Shown: positions 10,616 through 20,565 of the stretch, in pieces | Layout: each line of letters begins with the position of its first letter | Position numbering within the stretch: position 1 is the stretch's first letter | Assembly (NCBI GenBank): GCA_964632315.1 | Contig: CAZWEM010000004.1 | Location: 64,001-128,000, forward strand | DNA: 64,000 nt | Direction: 5' to 3' | Source of the DNA: an uncultured archaeon | Lineage (GTDB): Archaea; Asgardarchaeota; Lokiarchaeia; Sigyniarchaeales; SOKP01 | Program-made: the position numbers and the translations under genes | The notes under the pieces: model-generated | The model's input: only the letters and a program-made list of their open reading frames with translations | The model's database searches: none | Told to the model about the DNA's origin: nothing

Positions 10616-11947
10616 TTAATTTGTATAATCATCCTTTTTTTTGAATTTACCTATAAAAAATCCTTTAGTATTGTGAACTGAAGGAAAAAGTCGTCCAGTT
10701 CCTTCAATAAACTTATCATTAATCTTATAACTATTCGATATCCATTCTGGAAGAGACAATGGATCTAATTTATCAAAGAATTTGAGAATTTGCAATTCCC
10801 CTTCTTCTGCATATAAACTACAAGTCGAATATACTAAAATACCATTTGGTTTTAAAAATTGTATTCCAGAATTTAGTAATTTAGTCTGAAGAACAAGATT
10901 TTGCTTTAAAAAGTTAGAATTTTGACGCCATTTCAATTCGGGGTTACTAAGTAAGGTTCCACTTCCAGTACAAGGAGCATCGATCAAGATACGATCAAAC
11001 TTTACATGCGGTCTTATTGGTGGTATAATGTTGTCAGAATTCAAGATAAAAACGGAAAGGGCATGATTTTTTTGGAGGAAGGTGTTCATTTGGGCAGTTC
11101 TTTTGTGAGAAAAATCACTTGCGATTATTTTAGATTCATTGTTTGTAAATTGAGCTAATAATGTTGTTTTAATTCCTGGTGCAGCACAATAATCGTTAAG
11201 TATTTCGCCTTTTTCTGATCCTAATACGCTCGCTACGGTAATAGACGCCTTATCAGCTAATATTATTTTACTAGATTTATACCAATGACTACTAATTATT
11301 TTATTCTTGTTTTCTAATAATGTATTAAATATGAATGAAAAATGTTTGTCAGGAAACACTTTAATCTTATTATCCTTCAACTTATCTAATATTTTATTTT
11401 GTTCTTCATTATTTTTTATACGTAAAGTGTTGAAGAAGAAAGAAAATAAATCTTTTTTAGGATCATATCTATTCATATGCATCAAATTTGCTTCTAACAG
11501 TGCTTCCCTCATAAATGGCTTTAAAAGATTAATCAAAAAAGTAGGGTAAGCGCAATTTAAACTGAATTTTTCAATTCTTGGTCTCCTTGCAAGAGATTTT
11601 TTATAAGAAAAACGTTTAAGTTTCGAAACAAATCTTAAATCTCGAGAGTTAATCTTAATTTCATCAGAGATATCATCGATTGAAGCCTTTTCTTCGTGAT
11701 AACGAAAAATAATGTATAAATATTTAGCAGTAGTAAGTGAATTGATTACTGAAAAGCTCTTATCATAATTGGTTAATTTTTTAAGTATAAAATTTAACCG
11801 ATTCCAGTATCGTATAATTTCTATATAATAATGGATTACAAATGAGTCTGTTCTGTCGATATCCTCCTTAATTCCCGATTTTCCCTCTACGAATTGGGAT
11901 AATAGATTGATTAAATTACCAACTTGAAATCCTATTCTATTGTTCAT
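10616..11947 (-). CDS. RsmB/NOP2 (Fmu)-family RNA m5C methyltransferase
   Basis: DYCAAPGIKT, ILIDAPCTGSG and VYSTCS motifs. Confidence 0.92.
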   Translation of the reverse strand: MNNRIGFQVGNLINLLSQFVEGKSGIKEDIDRTDSFVIHYYIEIIRYWNRLNFILKKLTNYDKSFSVINSLTTAKYLYIIFRYHEEKASIDDISDEIKINSRDLRFVSKLKRFSYKKSLARRPRIEKFSLNCAYPTFLINLLKPFMREALLEANLMHMNRYDPKKDLFSFFFNTLRIKNNEEQNKILDKLKDNKIKVFPDKHFSFIFNTLLENKNKIISSHWYKSSKIILADKASITVASVLGSEKGEILNDYCAAPGIKTTLLAQFTNNESKIIASDFSHKRTAQMNTFLQKNHALSVFILNSDNIIPPIRPHVKFDRILIDAPCTGSGTLLSNPELKWRQNSNFLKQNLVLQTKLLNSGIQFLKPNGILVYSTCSLYAEEGELQILKFFDKLDPLSLPEWISNSYKINDKFIEGTGRLFPSVHNTKGFFIGKFKKKDDYTN

Positions 11948-12093
11948 TTATTCACTTTCTTGAAAATCCGATATTAATTAAATGATAATTAATCAAAAGA
12001 AATTAGACTTATGATAAATCGCTATAATTTTAAGAGGAAATTAAGAGGATTTTTAAAAAATTAGTAATTTGGACATTTTAAATTCCATTCAAA

Positions 12094-12621
12094 TCACATT
12101 TCTAACCTTACTTTTATTATGGTGAATAAAAGAATTCCTAAAGATGCTAAAATTACTTCAGAAATAAACACTTGTATAAAAGTTATCCAAATCGGTGCAG
12201 ATGCCATAAAATATATAAGTATTGCCACATAGAGCGAGATAATGATTGCGTATAACACGCCACCGAGATACTTTAAAACTATTTTGTTTCGAAATATAAT
12301 TATGCAATATAACGCGGGCACATTTACTATTGTGCTTAAGAGGTCAAAAGGTACAAACGGGGAAGATAAATTTACAAAGAACACTCCAATCACCTTTCCA
12401 AGCATACCTTCCATCGGAAAAAGGAGACACATGCCTACAATTAATTCAGCTACTCGAAATTGTATTCCGTAAAAATTGATTGGCTGAAACACATAACCTA
12501 ACGCCACATAAAGTGCTGCTGTTATCGCTGTAAGGGCTACTTTTAAGCTTAAACTTCTATTCTCTATAAATGTTCCTCGGGGCACCTGACTTTCTTCATT
12601 TTTTTCGTCATTCAAATTCAA
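12094..12621 (-). CDS. queT: QueT-family ECF-type S component (queuosine precursor)
   Basis: AALYVAL...PINFYGIQFRVAE signature, hydrophobic. Confidence 0.8.
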   Translation of the reverse strand: MNLNDEKNEESQVPRGTFIENRSLSLKVALTAITAALYVALGYVFQPINFYGIQFRVAELIVGMCLLFPMEGMLGKVIGVFFVNLSSPFVPFDLLSTIVNVPALYCIIIFRNKIVLKYLGGVLYAIIISLYVAILIYFMASAPIWITFIQVFISEVILASLGILLFTIIKVRLEM

Positions 12622-12715
12622 TTACTTCCGTTAATTAATAAATTATGTTATACAGGACAAGTAATAATAATTTGTCTTATTTCCAGCTTAACAAAGTTTT
12701 CCCTTCTTTTTAACC

Positions 12716-12765
12716 AAAGAAAAAAAAAGAATTAAAATAAAAATAAACAAAAAAAAAGAATTAAA
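12716..12765 (-). terminator. Oligo-T terminator region after the 12768-13598 gene
   Basis: Several long T runs on the minus strand directly after the stop codon. Confidence 0.45.
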
Positions 12766-12767
12766 TC

Positions 12768-13598
12768 CTATTTTCTTTTTTTCATGATGTATATTATTCC
12801 TATCGTTGTCGCTCCTAATAAAATGGGAATTTCAAAACCAGGAATGGCTGGAAGTGTGGGCAATTCTATGGAGAATTCATAAATTGTAGTATCGTTAGCT
12901 ACTACCTTATATCCAATCCAAGCTCCATATGTCGTATCCCATGTCCATGTTTCTGTGCAATTATGATAATACGCAAATAACTCAAGGGTAGGTAAAACTC
13001 CAATGTCACCTTGTTCGGCACTATGAACTACAGTATTATCTACATTTTGCCATTTTGGTGCCCAGACAATTTCAGCAAGATAATTTGCAACAGGAGTAGG
13101 TAATTGGGCAAAATAGGCCGCAGCATTCTGAATCGTAACGTTACTTGTTCCAAAAGTGAGAAAATTTACGATTTGTGTAATATTATTAGGATCGTATAAC
13201 GCATAGACCATATCGCCTTCAGAATCGGGTGTTTCACTGAATGAACCAGTAGTCCATAACCAATTACTCGTATTATATGATGCTGCATCATATATTCCCA
13301 AAAAATAAGCAGTTAAATCGAGGCTATAGCTAAGATTTACACTATTCACTATTGATTTCCTTTTTGCTCCTACTTCAAGAGCTCCCACTCCAAAGGATGT
13401 TTCTAATACGTCTGTGTAATTTTCTCCAAAAACAATCTCTAAACTACCATCATTAGCTGTTCTTACAACCAAAACTTTTTCATTACCTGGCGCTCCATGA
13501 AATGTATATGTTCCTACTTGAGGTGTAGCTGCTGGTGTTAAAGATAACGCAATTGTCAAGAGTACGAATAAGGAGAGAATACTTTTAGTATATTTCAT
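12768..13598 (-). CDS. Secreted/surface protein with PGF/Loki-CTERM-like sorting tail
   Basis: N-terminal signal peptide, several NxS/T sequons, C-terminal IPGFEIPILLGATTIGIIYIMKKRK. Confidence 0.8.
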   Translation of the reverse strand: MKYTKSILSLFVLLTIALSLTPAATPQVGTYTFHGAPGNEKVLVVRTANDGSLEIVFGENYTDVLETSFGVGALEVGAKRKSIVNSVNLSYSLDLTAYFLGIYDAASYNTSNWLWTTGSFSETPDSEGDMVYALYDPNNITQIVNFLTFGTSNVTIQNAAAYFAQLPTPVANYLAEIVWAPKWQNVDNTVVHSAEQGDIGVLPTLELFAYYHNCTETWTWDTTYGAWIGYKVVANDTTIYEFSIELPTLPAIPGFEIPILLGATTIGIIYIMKKRK

Positions 13599-13770
13599 CT
13601 TAAATCCTCTTTTTGTTTTGTTATGAATGATTTCTGAATTAATTATTATTTAGCAAATTTCTTTATAAAGATTTCTAAATTATCGTAGCATTATGTATTA
13701 AAGGTTATAAAGGAAAAAAAAGATATTATCATATTGTTTTAATTAAAAAATTCATCTTTTTAAAATTATC

Positions 13771-14547
13771 ATGGAATATTTTTCTATAAAAAAAGATATC
13801 GACATTGCATATGAAATAAGTGGTAATAATGCTGGACCAAAAATGATTTTAATCCATGGACTTTTCTTGAACGCTGATTGCTGGAAGTTTCAATTGGAGG
13901 AATTTGAAAAAGATTTCAATATTCTACGTTTTGATTTGAGAGGTCATGGAAGAACAACCAAACCAAAAAAGAGATTTACGATTAGAAATTATGTAGATGA
14001 TATGAAAGAATTGATTGATCATTTGGGGTGGACAGAAGAGTTATACATCGTTGGTCATTCATTAGGTGGTATGATAGCATTAGTTTATACCCTTGAAAAC
14101 CCATCTCAAGTAAAAAAGTTAGTAGTTGCTGATAGTTTTTGTTTTATCAGCCAAGAGGCCATAACAGATGTTCTGGGAAGGGTAAACAATAACAAGATAG
14201 AAAATTTTGCAATTGGAATTAGCGTGAGGGGCCTCATTCCCTATGACGAAGAAGTAGCTCAATTTGTAGCTAAATTAGTGACTGATCACATGACAAAAAA
14301 GGATTGCTTGACTGCTACTGCAGCCTCAGCTGGTTTTAATATATGTGAAAATCTAAAAAATTTACAGCAACCAACTCTAATTTTAGTTGGTAAAAAAGAC
14401 ATCACTACTCCAGTTTGGGCTAGCGAGATGATACATGAATGGTTACCTAATTCTGAATTAATAATTATTCCCGAAGCAGGTCATTTAACCATATTAGACC
14501 ATCCTAAAGAATTTAATGAACTGGTACTAAATTTTTGGAAAAAATAA
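13771..14547 (+). CDS. Alpha/beta hydrolase (enol-lactonase/esterase-like)
   Basis: LIHG, DLRGHG, GHSLGG nucleophile elbow, GKKD and AGH. Confidence 0.9.
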   Translation: MEYFSIKKDIDIAYEISGNNAGPKMILIHGLFLNADCWKFQLEEFEKDFNILRFDLRGHGRTTKPKKRFTIRNYVDDMKELIDHLGWTEELYIVGHSLGGMIALVYTLENPSQVKKLVVADSFCFISQEAITDVLGRVNNNKIENFAIGISVRGLIPYDEEVAQFVAKLVTDHMTKKDCLTATAASAGFNICENLKNLQQPTLILVGKKDITTPVWASEMIHEWLPNSELIIIPEAGHLTILDHPKEFNELVLNFWKK

Positions 14548-14559
14548 ATTAAAAAAAAA

Positions 14560-15582
14560 TTAAGATCCCCATTTAATTACTCCTGCATTCCAAGCCCATC
14601 CAATTCCAGCTGCGGTAAGTACTACAATATTTCCATTCTTGATTTTCCCAGATTTTATTCCATAATCTAATGAGATTATTCCATCATTTTGACCATTATG
14701 TCCTATCTCTTCTAAGTAAGTTGCTTGTTTGTATGGGTCTACCCCTACAGCCTTTGCAACATATTCATAAGCGCTTCTTTTCATGTGAAGCAATCCCAAA
14801 TAATCTATGTCCTTTTGAGTGTATCCTGATCTCGCTAATGCATCGTTAATGACTTTCACAAAAGAATCCATCGAATATGCATCTAATCTTTCTTTTAAAC
14901 CTTCAGGGTCGGGAACATCCAGATAAATTCTTTCCTTATCAATTGCTTCATGAGATATTGGTTCAACGGTTCCACCTGCGGGAACATAGACATCGTCAGC
15001 AAAACGACCGTCAGAAATAACTGATATTCCTAAAATTTCATTAACTTTACTATCAGCTTTAATAATTCCTGCTACTCCACTAGCAGCTAAACTCGTCATG
15101 AACCTAGATCTTTCATTTTTATAGTTAATTAGATCTGTATTTCGATAACCACTTGCCACTAAAATACGGTTGACTTCAGGTCGAATTTGAATTAAAGCTT
15201 TTGCGAGTAGCATTCCTACTAAAAACGTTCCGCAACGCTGGTTTATATCAAAAGCCCATGCAGAAAGAGGATTTCCTAAAAGTTTTTGTAATTTAATGCC
15301 ATATGTCATCATAGGCCTCTCTGCATATACTTCACCCGCCCAGATGATTATATCAATATCCTCTGGCTTTAAGTTTGCTCTTTCAAGTGCTTCAAAACTA
15401 GCATTTGCACCCATAGCAACCGTGTGATCTTTTGGTCCCGGAACTGATTTACTCATTAATCCGAATTTTTCTTCAATAATATTTTTTGGTATCCCCGTTT
15501 CTTGCGCTATATATTCACTTGTATGCCTTTTTTGAGGAATATATACCCCCCAAGATTCCAATCCTACGTGACGATATTCCAT
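14560..15582 (-). CDS. FabH-like 3-oxoacyl synthase III family condensing enzyme
   Basis: Catalytic Cys (NQRCGT), LLHMKRS, GHNGQND, AAGIGWAW. Confidence 0.85.
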   Translation of the reverse strand: MEYRHVGLESWGVYIPQKRHTSEYIAQETGIPKNIIEEKFGLMSKSVPGPKDHTVAMGANASFEALERANLKPEDIDIIIWAGEVYAERPMMTYGIKLQKLLGNPLSAWAFDINQRCGTFLVGMLLAKALIQIRPEVNRILVASGYRNTDLINYKNERSRFMTSLAASGVAGIIKADSKVNEILGISVISDGRFADDVYVPAGGTVEPISHEAIDKERIYLDVPDPEGLKERLDAYSMDSFVKVINDALARSGYTQKDIDYLGLLHMKRSAYEYVAKAVGVDPYKQATYLEEIGHNGQNDGIISLDYGIKSGKIKNGNIVVLTAAGIGWAWNAGVIKWGS

Positions 15583-15590
15583 ATTAATTT

Positions 15591-17144
15591 TTACTCCAAT
15601 TCTCTTTTTAAAATTTTACCTGTTGCACTTGTGGGTAATGAATCTCTTATTTCATAATATTTTGGCACTTTATATTTTCCCAATCTCTCGGTCAAGTATT
15701 CGCGTATTTCTTCAACCTTTAATTCTTTTCCTGGTTTTAATGTAAGAAAAGCTTTTCCAACTTCCCCCCATTTCTCATCAGGAACACCAATAACAGCTGC
15801 TAAATCGATTGCTGGATGTTTGAATAGAATTTCTTCGATTTCGACGGGATAGACATTCTCTCCACCACTAATATACATTTCCTTTCGCCGACCAACTATA
15901 TAATAAAATCCATCTTCATCTTGCATAACCAAATCACCCGTATGGACCCAGCCATCTGGTTCAATAGTTTTTTTAGTTTCTTCTGGTTCATCCCAATACC
16001 CACTAAAAATATGAGGTCCTCTTAATAATAATTCCCCTACCTCTCCTTGATTAACAATTTTATTCGTTTCTGTATTGATTATTCTGGTATCACAATGAAA
16101 TACAGGTAAACCTACTGAGGTAGGTTTTTCTTTAATATATTCTTCAGGAAGATAAAAATTATTTGGACCGACTTCTGTTAGACCATAACCCATCTTAAAA
16201 AAGTTCCCTTTTTCCCAATAAGGTTCCATTATCGCTACTGGACATGGAGCACCACCTGAAATAAAGACTCGCACTGAATTGAAATTCGACTTACCAAATT
16301 GCGGGAGATTCGTCATCATGTGAAACATAGTAGGAACTCCAATCACTATGGTGCATTTCTCTTCCTCAATTATTTTCAACGTCTCCTTAGGGTCAAAATC
16401 ACCCATCAAAATCGTCTTAGCACCTAAATGGTAAAAAGGAACTAGCAAGACATTCCAGCCACCAGTATGAAATAAAGGAAACATTAAGGGTTGCACATCA
16501 TCAGATCTTAAACCCCACGAAACAATAGTGTTTATTGAATTCCAGAAGAGTAATCTATGAGGAAGTACAGCACCTTTTGGAAGCCCCGTAGTTCCTCCAG
16601 TAAAAAGAATTAAATGTGGATCTTCAGACTTTAATTTAGGACGATCAACATTCGTAGATGACTCTTTTCTCATTAAATTCGTTGTATTCGGATCATCCGT
16701 TAAATTACTTTCCCCCATTAAGAGATTAGTTCGAATCAAATCCAAGTTTTTTATTTCTAAGACTTTTTCTAGTAATTTTTCCTCATAGAAAAATACTGAA
16801 GGGCTTGTTTTTTGTATCAAGTAATCCAATTCATTTAAAGATAATCTTATATTGAACGGAACAAGGATTGCACCAATCTTAGCAGTCGCTAAAAATAGAT
16901 CCACGCATTCAATGCGATTAGAAGAAAACATTCCAACTCTATCACCTTTAGAAATGCCTTCATTCAGTAAAACCCGAGCTAACTGATTTGCCCTGAAATT
17001 CAACTCTTCATAAGAATAACGCTTATTTGATATGTTGTCAAAAATAGCCTCCTTTTTAGGGGCTAGTAACGCTCTTCTTCCTGCCCAATCCCCAATCCAA
17101 GAAAAATCTCGATCAAAGTCTGTATCTCGTGCCTTAAACGTCAT
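15591..17144 (-). CDS. Acyl-CoA synthetase (AMP-forming; long-chain/MenE-like)
   Basis: FTGGTTGLPKG, GYGLTE, HTGD, SGGENVYP and TGKI motifs. Confidence 0.92.
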   Translation of the reverse strand: MTFKARDTDFDRDFSWIGDWAGRRALLAPKKEAIFDNISNKRYSYEELNFRANQLARVLLNEGISKGDRVGMFSSNRIECVDLFLATAKIGAILVPFNIRLSLNELDYLIQKTSPSVFFYEEKLLEKVLEIKNLDLIRTNLLMGESNLTDDPNTTNLMRKESSTNVDRPKLKSEDPHLILFTGGTTGLPKGAVLPHRLLFWNSINTIVSWGLRSDDVQPLMFPLFHTGGWNVLLVPFYHLGAKTILMGDFDPKETLKIIEEEKCTIVIGVPTMFHMMTNLPQFGKSNFNSVRVFISGGAPCPVAIMEPYWEKGNFFKMGYGLTEVGPNNFYLPEEYIKEKPTSVGLPVFHCDTRIINTETNKIVNQGEVGELLLRGPHIFSGYWDEPEETKKTIEPDGWVHTGDLVMQDEDGFYYIVGRRKEMYISGGENVYPVEIEEILFKHPAIDLAAVIGVPDEKWGEVGKAFLTLKPGKELKVEEIREYLTERLGKYKVPKYYEIRDSLPTSATGKILKRELE

Positions 17145-17153
17145 ATTAGCACC

Positions 17154-18374
17154 TCAAACTGCCCTGTATATTGGCCATTTTCTCCACACATATGCAAACA
17201 AGATTTCAATCCATAAGAACCATAGCACGAACGGAGTGGGATTCATTCTCCAGTAATTGGTGGTGTCTCCAAACAAGAGAGGTGAGAACACGTAGTATGC
17301 AAGAAAGCTTAGAGTTCCGATGACGATGACTAAAATAAGTCTAAATAGAAAATTCTTCCATTGTGAATATTTCTTAGGCCAATTATCAAAAAACAGTGAA
17401 ACCAAGACAACAGCACATATGAGGAAAATAGCCAAGGTTATGCTCATCATATACCATCCCTTATATCTTGTCACCGCATCTGGAGGTGTCCCACCGATCG
17501 CTATGAAAAAAGGATCGAAAATATACTGGGCGATTTGTGGACCAATTAGACTGAAAACTAACCCTAATACAGTACAAGATACGAATGCTATCATTCCTAT
17601 AAAGGGTTGCTTTCGCCCTAATTTGCTCCAAGGCCAATATTCAAAAACCATCAAGGTGAGAAGGGAAAAGAAGATCAACCATTGAGTCCATCCTAGCGAA
17701 AAAGCATAACTAGGAAAATGAGTAACCGGTTGAACGGCATCAGCTTCAGTAGAAGCAAACCGATTACCAGCAGGTATGAAAAGTAAAAACCAAACTAAGA
17801 GTGTTATAGCGTTTCCTATTAACCAAATAATTATACCCCGTTTCGGTTGTTTTATTTTGAAGAAAGGCCAATACATCGTCCCTGCAACCCATAAAACAGC
17901 AAACGAAAAGCAGGATCCACTTAATGCTCCAAAAATAGATGCCCCAAGATACCAACTAATATATTCACTAAAGGGCCCTGTGGTTTCAGTTCCGTAAAAT
18001 GAATTAAATAATGGAAGAAAAACCAGTGTAAATAAGAGAATTATCCCTGCATTAATAATTGTTCCCACCACACCAACCTTCCAAGGGGTTCGGAACCAAT
18101 TATAATATGGCCAATTCTCAAACCAGATTGCCCATACTACTCCAATTAATCCAAAACCTCCAATTACAGTTGCCCATGCTGTTACCTCCATCTCTTGACT
18201 GGGTAACGGATTATGCCACCGTGGATCAAAGAAAATTAGCCACGTCACAAAACTAATAGCAAATACGATCAATATTGAATACAATCCAGCTAAAGGCTGC
18301 TTGAATCGAGCCATTACAATTAAAGGAGCTTCCTCAGAACTAGGAATTCCTACTTTTTCTCCAGCTAAAGCCAT
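17154..18374 (-). CDS. Multi-pass membrane protein with repeated FxxWP motifs, probable transporter
   Basis: About 10 TM segments; FENWP, TMYWP, FEYWP, FDNWP and WRKWP repeats. Confidence 0.6.
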   Translation of the reverse strand: MALAGEKVGIPSSEEAPLIVMARFKQPLAGLYSILIVFAISFVTWLIFFDPRWHNPLPSQEMEVTAWATVIGGFGLIGVVWAIWFENWPYYNWFRTPWKVGVVGTIINAGIILLFTLVFLPLFNSFYGTETTGPFSEYISWYLGASIFGALSGSCFSFAVLWVAGTMYWPFFKIKQPKRGIIIWLIGNAITLLVWFLLFIPAGNRFASTEADAVQPVTHFPSYAFSLGWTQWLIFFSLLTLMVFEYWPWSKLGRKQPFIGMIAFVSCTVLGLVFSLIGPQIAQYIFDPFFIAIGGTPPDAVTRYKGWYMMSITLAIFLICAVVLVSLFFDNWPKKYSQWKNFLFRLILVIVIGTLSFLAYYVFSPLLFGDTTNYWRMNPTPFVLWFLWIEILFAYVWRKWPIYRAV

Positions 18375-18560
18375 TTTTTTTACCTTTGTTCTTTTAATTT
18401 ATGTTTTAATTTGATTCAAATTATTTAATAATTAACATTTACAGTGTTCTAGTTTAAAAACATTTTTAAAGGGGAAAATAGATTGTTTTTTAAATTTTTA
18501 AATATTAGTCTTAACTAATAAGCTATTTAATATTTAATTTATTAAATAAGGGAGAGTAAG

Positions 18561-18905
18561 ATGCCTTCAGAAAAAGAACTTGAGTATTTCATCAAACAAT
18601 CAAAACTTAGTGATCAGGAATTAAAGGAATTTCTCAAAGCAAGTGAAAATATGAATCCAAAATTAGATCACAGTTTAGCCTATCGAATAATGATGAGTGA
18701 GATTCGGAGAGATCTGTTAAAATATATTGGAAATGAAATACGAGACATTGAGGATATGCAAAAGGAATTTCAATTAGATCGAGATCAACTTGAGTATCAT
18801 CTATCCATGTTAAGACAAGGACTATATGTAATCGCATCTAACAGCAAGTGGAAAGCTACTCCAAGAGGACTTGGATTTTTAGCTAATGCTATAATGGGAG
18901 AATAA
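18561..18905 (+). CDS. ArsR-like winged-helix protein
   Basis: EIRRDLLKYI...QLEYHLSMLRQG...ATPRG. Confidence 0.75.
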   Translation: MPSEKELEYFIKQSKLSDQELKEFLKASENMNPKLDHSLAYRIMMSEIRRDLLKYIGNEIRDIEDMQKEFQLDRDQLEYHLSMLRQGLYVIASNSKWKATPRGLGFLANAIMGE

Positions 18906-18908
18906 GTA

Positions 18909-19649
18909 GTGGAGGTGAAAAATATTCAAAAAGCAAAAGTAAAAATAATTTATGATGATTTAGATGGAGCGGAAATCGGATTTCTTAAATCTTTTGGTTT
19001 TTCTGCTCTAATTGAAATTGAAGATAAAAAAATTTTATTTGATGCGGGTACTAAGGAAGATGTATTAAAGAACAATCTTTCTGCATCAAAAGTTTCTCCA
19101 AGTCAAATTGATGCCGTTATCCTCAGTCATAACCATTATGATCATGCAAATGGGCTTTCAGCTATTACACGAGAGAATCTGAGTGTTCCCGTCTACGTTC
19201 ATAAATATTGGAATAACCCAGTCCGACATATAGGCGAACCGGTTCCTCCAAAAAATATAAGAATGATTCAAGAAGGGAAAAAACTTGATGAATTAGGTGC
19301 TCCAATTTACGTGACAAATTGTTATCAATCACAAGACTATGGAGGGATTTACGAACAAGCTTGTTATATTGATGCAGGGGATTCTTTTATCTTGGTCTGT
19401 GGTTGTTCACATCCAGGATTGAATGTTTTTTTAGATGATAGAGCAAATTTAGACATATCAATTAAAAAGCCATTGCATATTATGGGAGGATTTCATGGAT
19501 TTAAGTTTGATGACGAAAAAGTTAAGCAGTTAAATCCTTACATTAAATCTATAGTCATTTTTCATTGTACAAGAAACATCAAGACGTTTCAATCACAATT
19601 TCATGATAAATGCACGATAGGCATTGTTGGAAAATCCTATAATTTCTAA
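18909..19649 (+). CDS. Metallo-beta-lactamase-fold hydrolase (MJ0301/dihydropteroate-synthase-like group)
   Basis: LFDAG, SHNHYDH, GCSHPG, GGFH and HCT motifs. Confidence 0.85.
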   Translation: MEVKNIQKAKVKIIYDDLDGAEIGFLKSFGFSALIEIEDKKILFDAGTKEDVLKNNLSASKVSPSQIDAVILSHNHYDHANGLSAITRENLSVPVYVHKYWNNPVRHIGEPVPPKNIRMIQEGKKLDELGAPIYVTNCYQSQDYGGIYEQACYIDAGDSFILVCGCSHPGLNVFLDDRANLDISIKKPLHIMGGFHGFKFDDEKVKQLNPYIKSIVIFHCTRNIKTFQSQFHDKCTIGIVGKSYNF

Positions 19650-19657
19650 ATTATCAT

Positions 19658-20542
19658 TTAAATTTGCATTTCTTGGTCGTTAAATTTCCACGACTTCAAA
19701 ATTGATTCTGCTTCACTCATCAAATTTTCGATAAATTCACTTAAAGGTTTAATTTCTTTTTGAAAAGTTATTGCAGGAGATGGAACCCTTGTACCTTTCA
19801 AAGAAAAATGATAAAGAGATTTATGATATTCTTTACTCAATACATTAGTGTGTAGCCATTGTTCTTTCATGATGGGTAGTAAAGGGCTTTCTTTCGTTGT
19901 CAATATGGCAGTCCCTAAACATACGGCATCTGCACCCATTGCTAAAACCCCTAAGAATCCTCTCGCATCTCCAATACCACCCGCAGCGATAAGGGGAATC
20001 TTTAACATTCTTTTTGCTATTGTTAAATTTATTAAGGTTGTATGTTGATAAGGATTCTTAAATCCTGCGGCTTCCATCCCAATGATAGTAATCGCATCTA
20101 CTCCATTTTTTTCAGCAGATAAAGCGTGACGAATCAAGGCACATTTATGAAACCAATGACATCCCGCTTCTTTAACCCTTTTTCCGATGAAATTTGCTTG
20201 AAATGCAGATGTGGTTATTATATTAATTCCTTGATCGATAGCTACTTCTATATATTTTAAATAATCTTCTTGCGAAAGTTTATTATGAACGCTAGAGACT
20301 TCTGGAGGAACTACCGTTATATTAATACCAAATGGTTTATCTGTCAGTTGTTTCATCTTTATTAAAGTTGCCTTGAATCCTTGGAGATCATAATTCATTG
20401 CTGTAATTATTCCTAAACCGCCAGCATTCGAAAATGCAGCAGCTAATTCAATTGAATTCAATCGGGCGAATGCTGCCATTATTAAGGGAAATTTAGTTTT
20501 AGTTAAATTAGTTATCTTAGTATTCCAAATCAAATGAATCAA
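19658..20542 (-). CDS. Nitronate monooxygenase/FabK-like FMN enzyme
   Basis: SNAGGLG, TDKPFGIN, IAAGGIGD, GADAVCLGT. Confidence 0.85.
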   Translation of the reverse strand: MIHLIWNTKITNLTKTKFPLIMAAFARLNSIELAAAFSNAGGLGIITAMNYDLQGFKATLIKMKQLTDKPFGINITVVPPEVSSVHNKLSQEDYLKYIEVAIDQGINIITTSAFQANFIGKRVKEAGCHWFHKCALIRHALSAEKNGVDAITIIGMEAAGFKNPYQHTTLINLTIAKRMLKIPLIAAGGIGDARGFLGVLAMGADAVCLGTAILTTKESPLLPIMKEQWLHTNVLSKEYHKSLYHFSLKGTRVPSPAITFQKEIKPLSEFIENLMSEAESILKSWKFNDQEMQI

Positions 20543-20565
20543 CTCAATATTATCAATAGCGATAA

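Noticed and set aside
12622-12767. preQ1 riboswitch, or a third ModE-like box (TGTTATACA-GGACAA-GTAATAATA, 12646-12669), upstream of queT
   Set aside because: No preQ1 consensus is recognisable, and the box lacks the conserved CG ends, so it is compatible with AT-rich chance.
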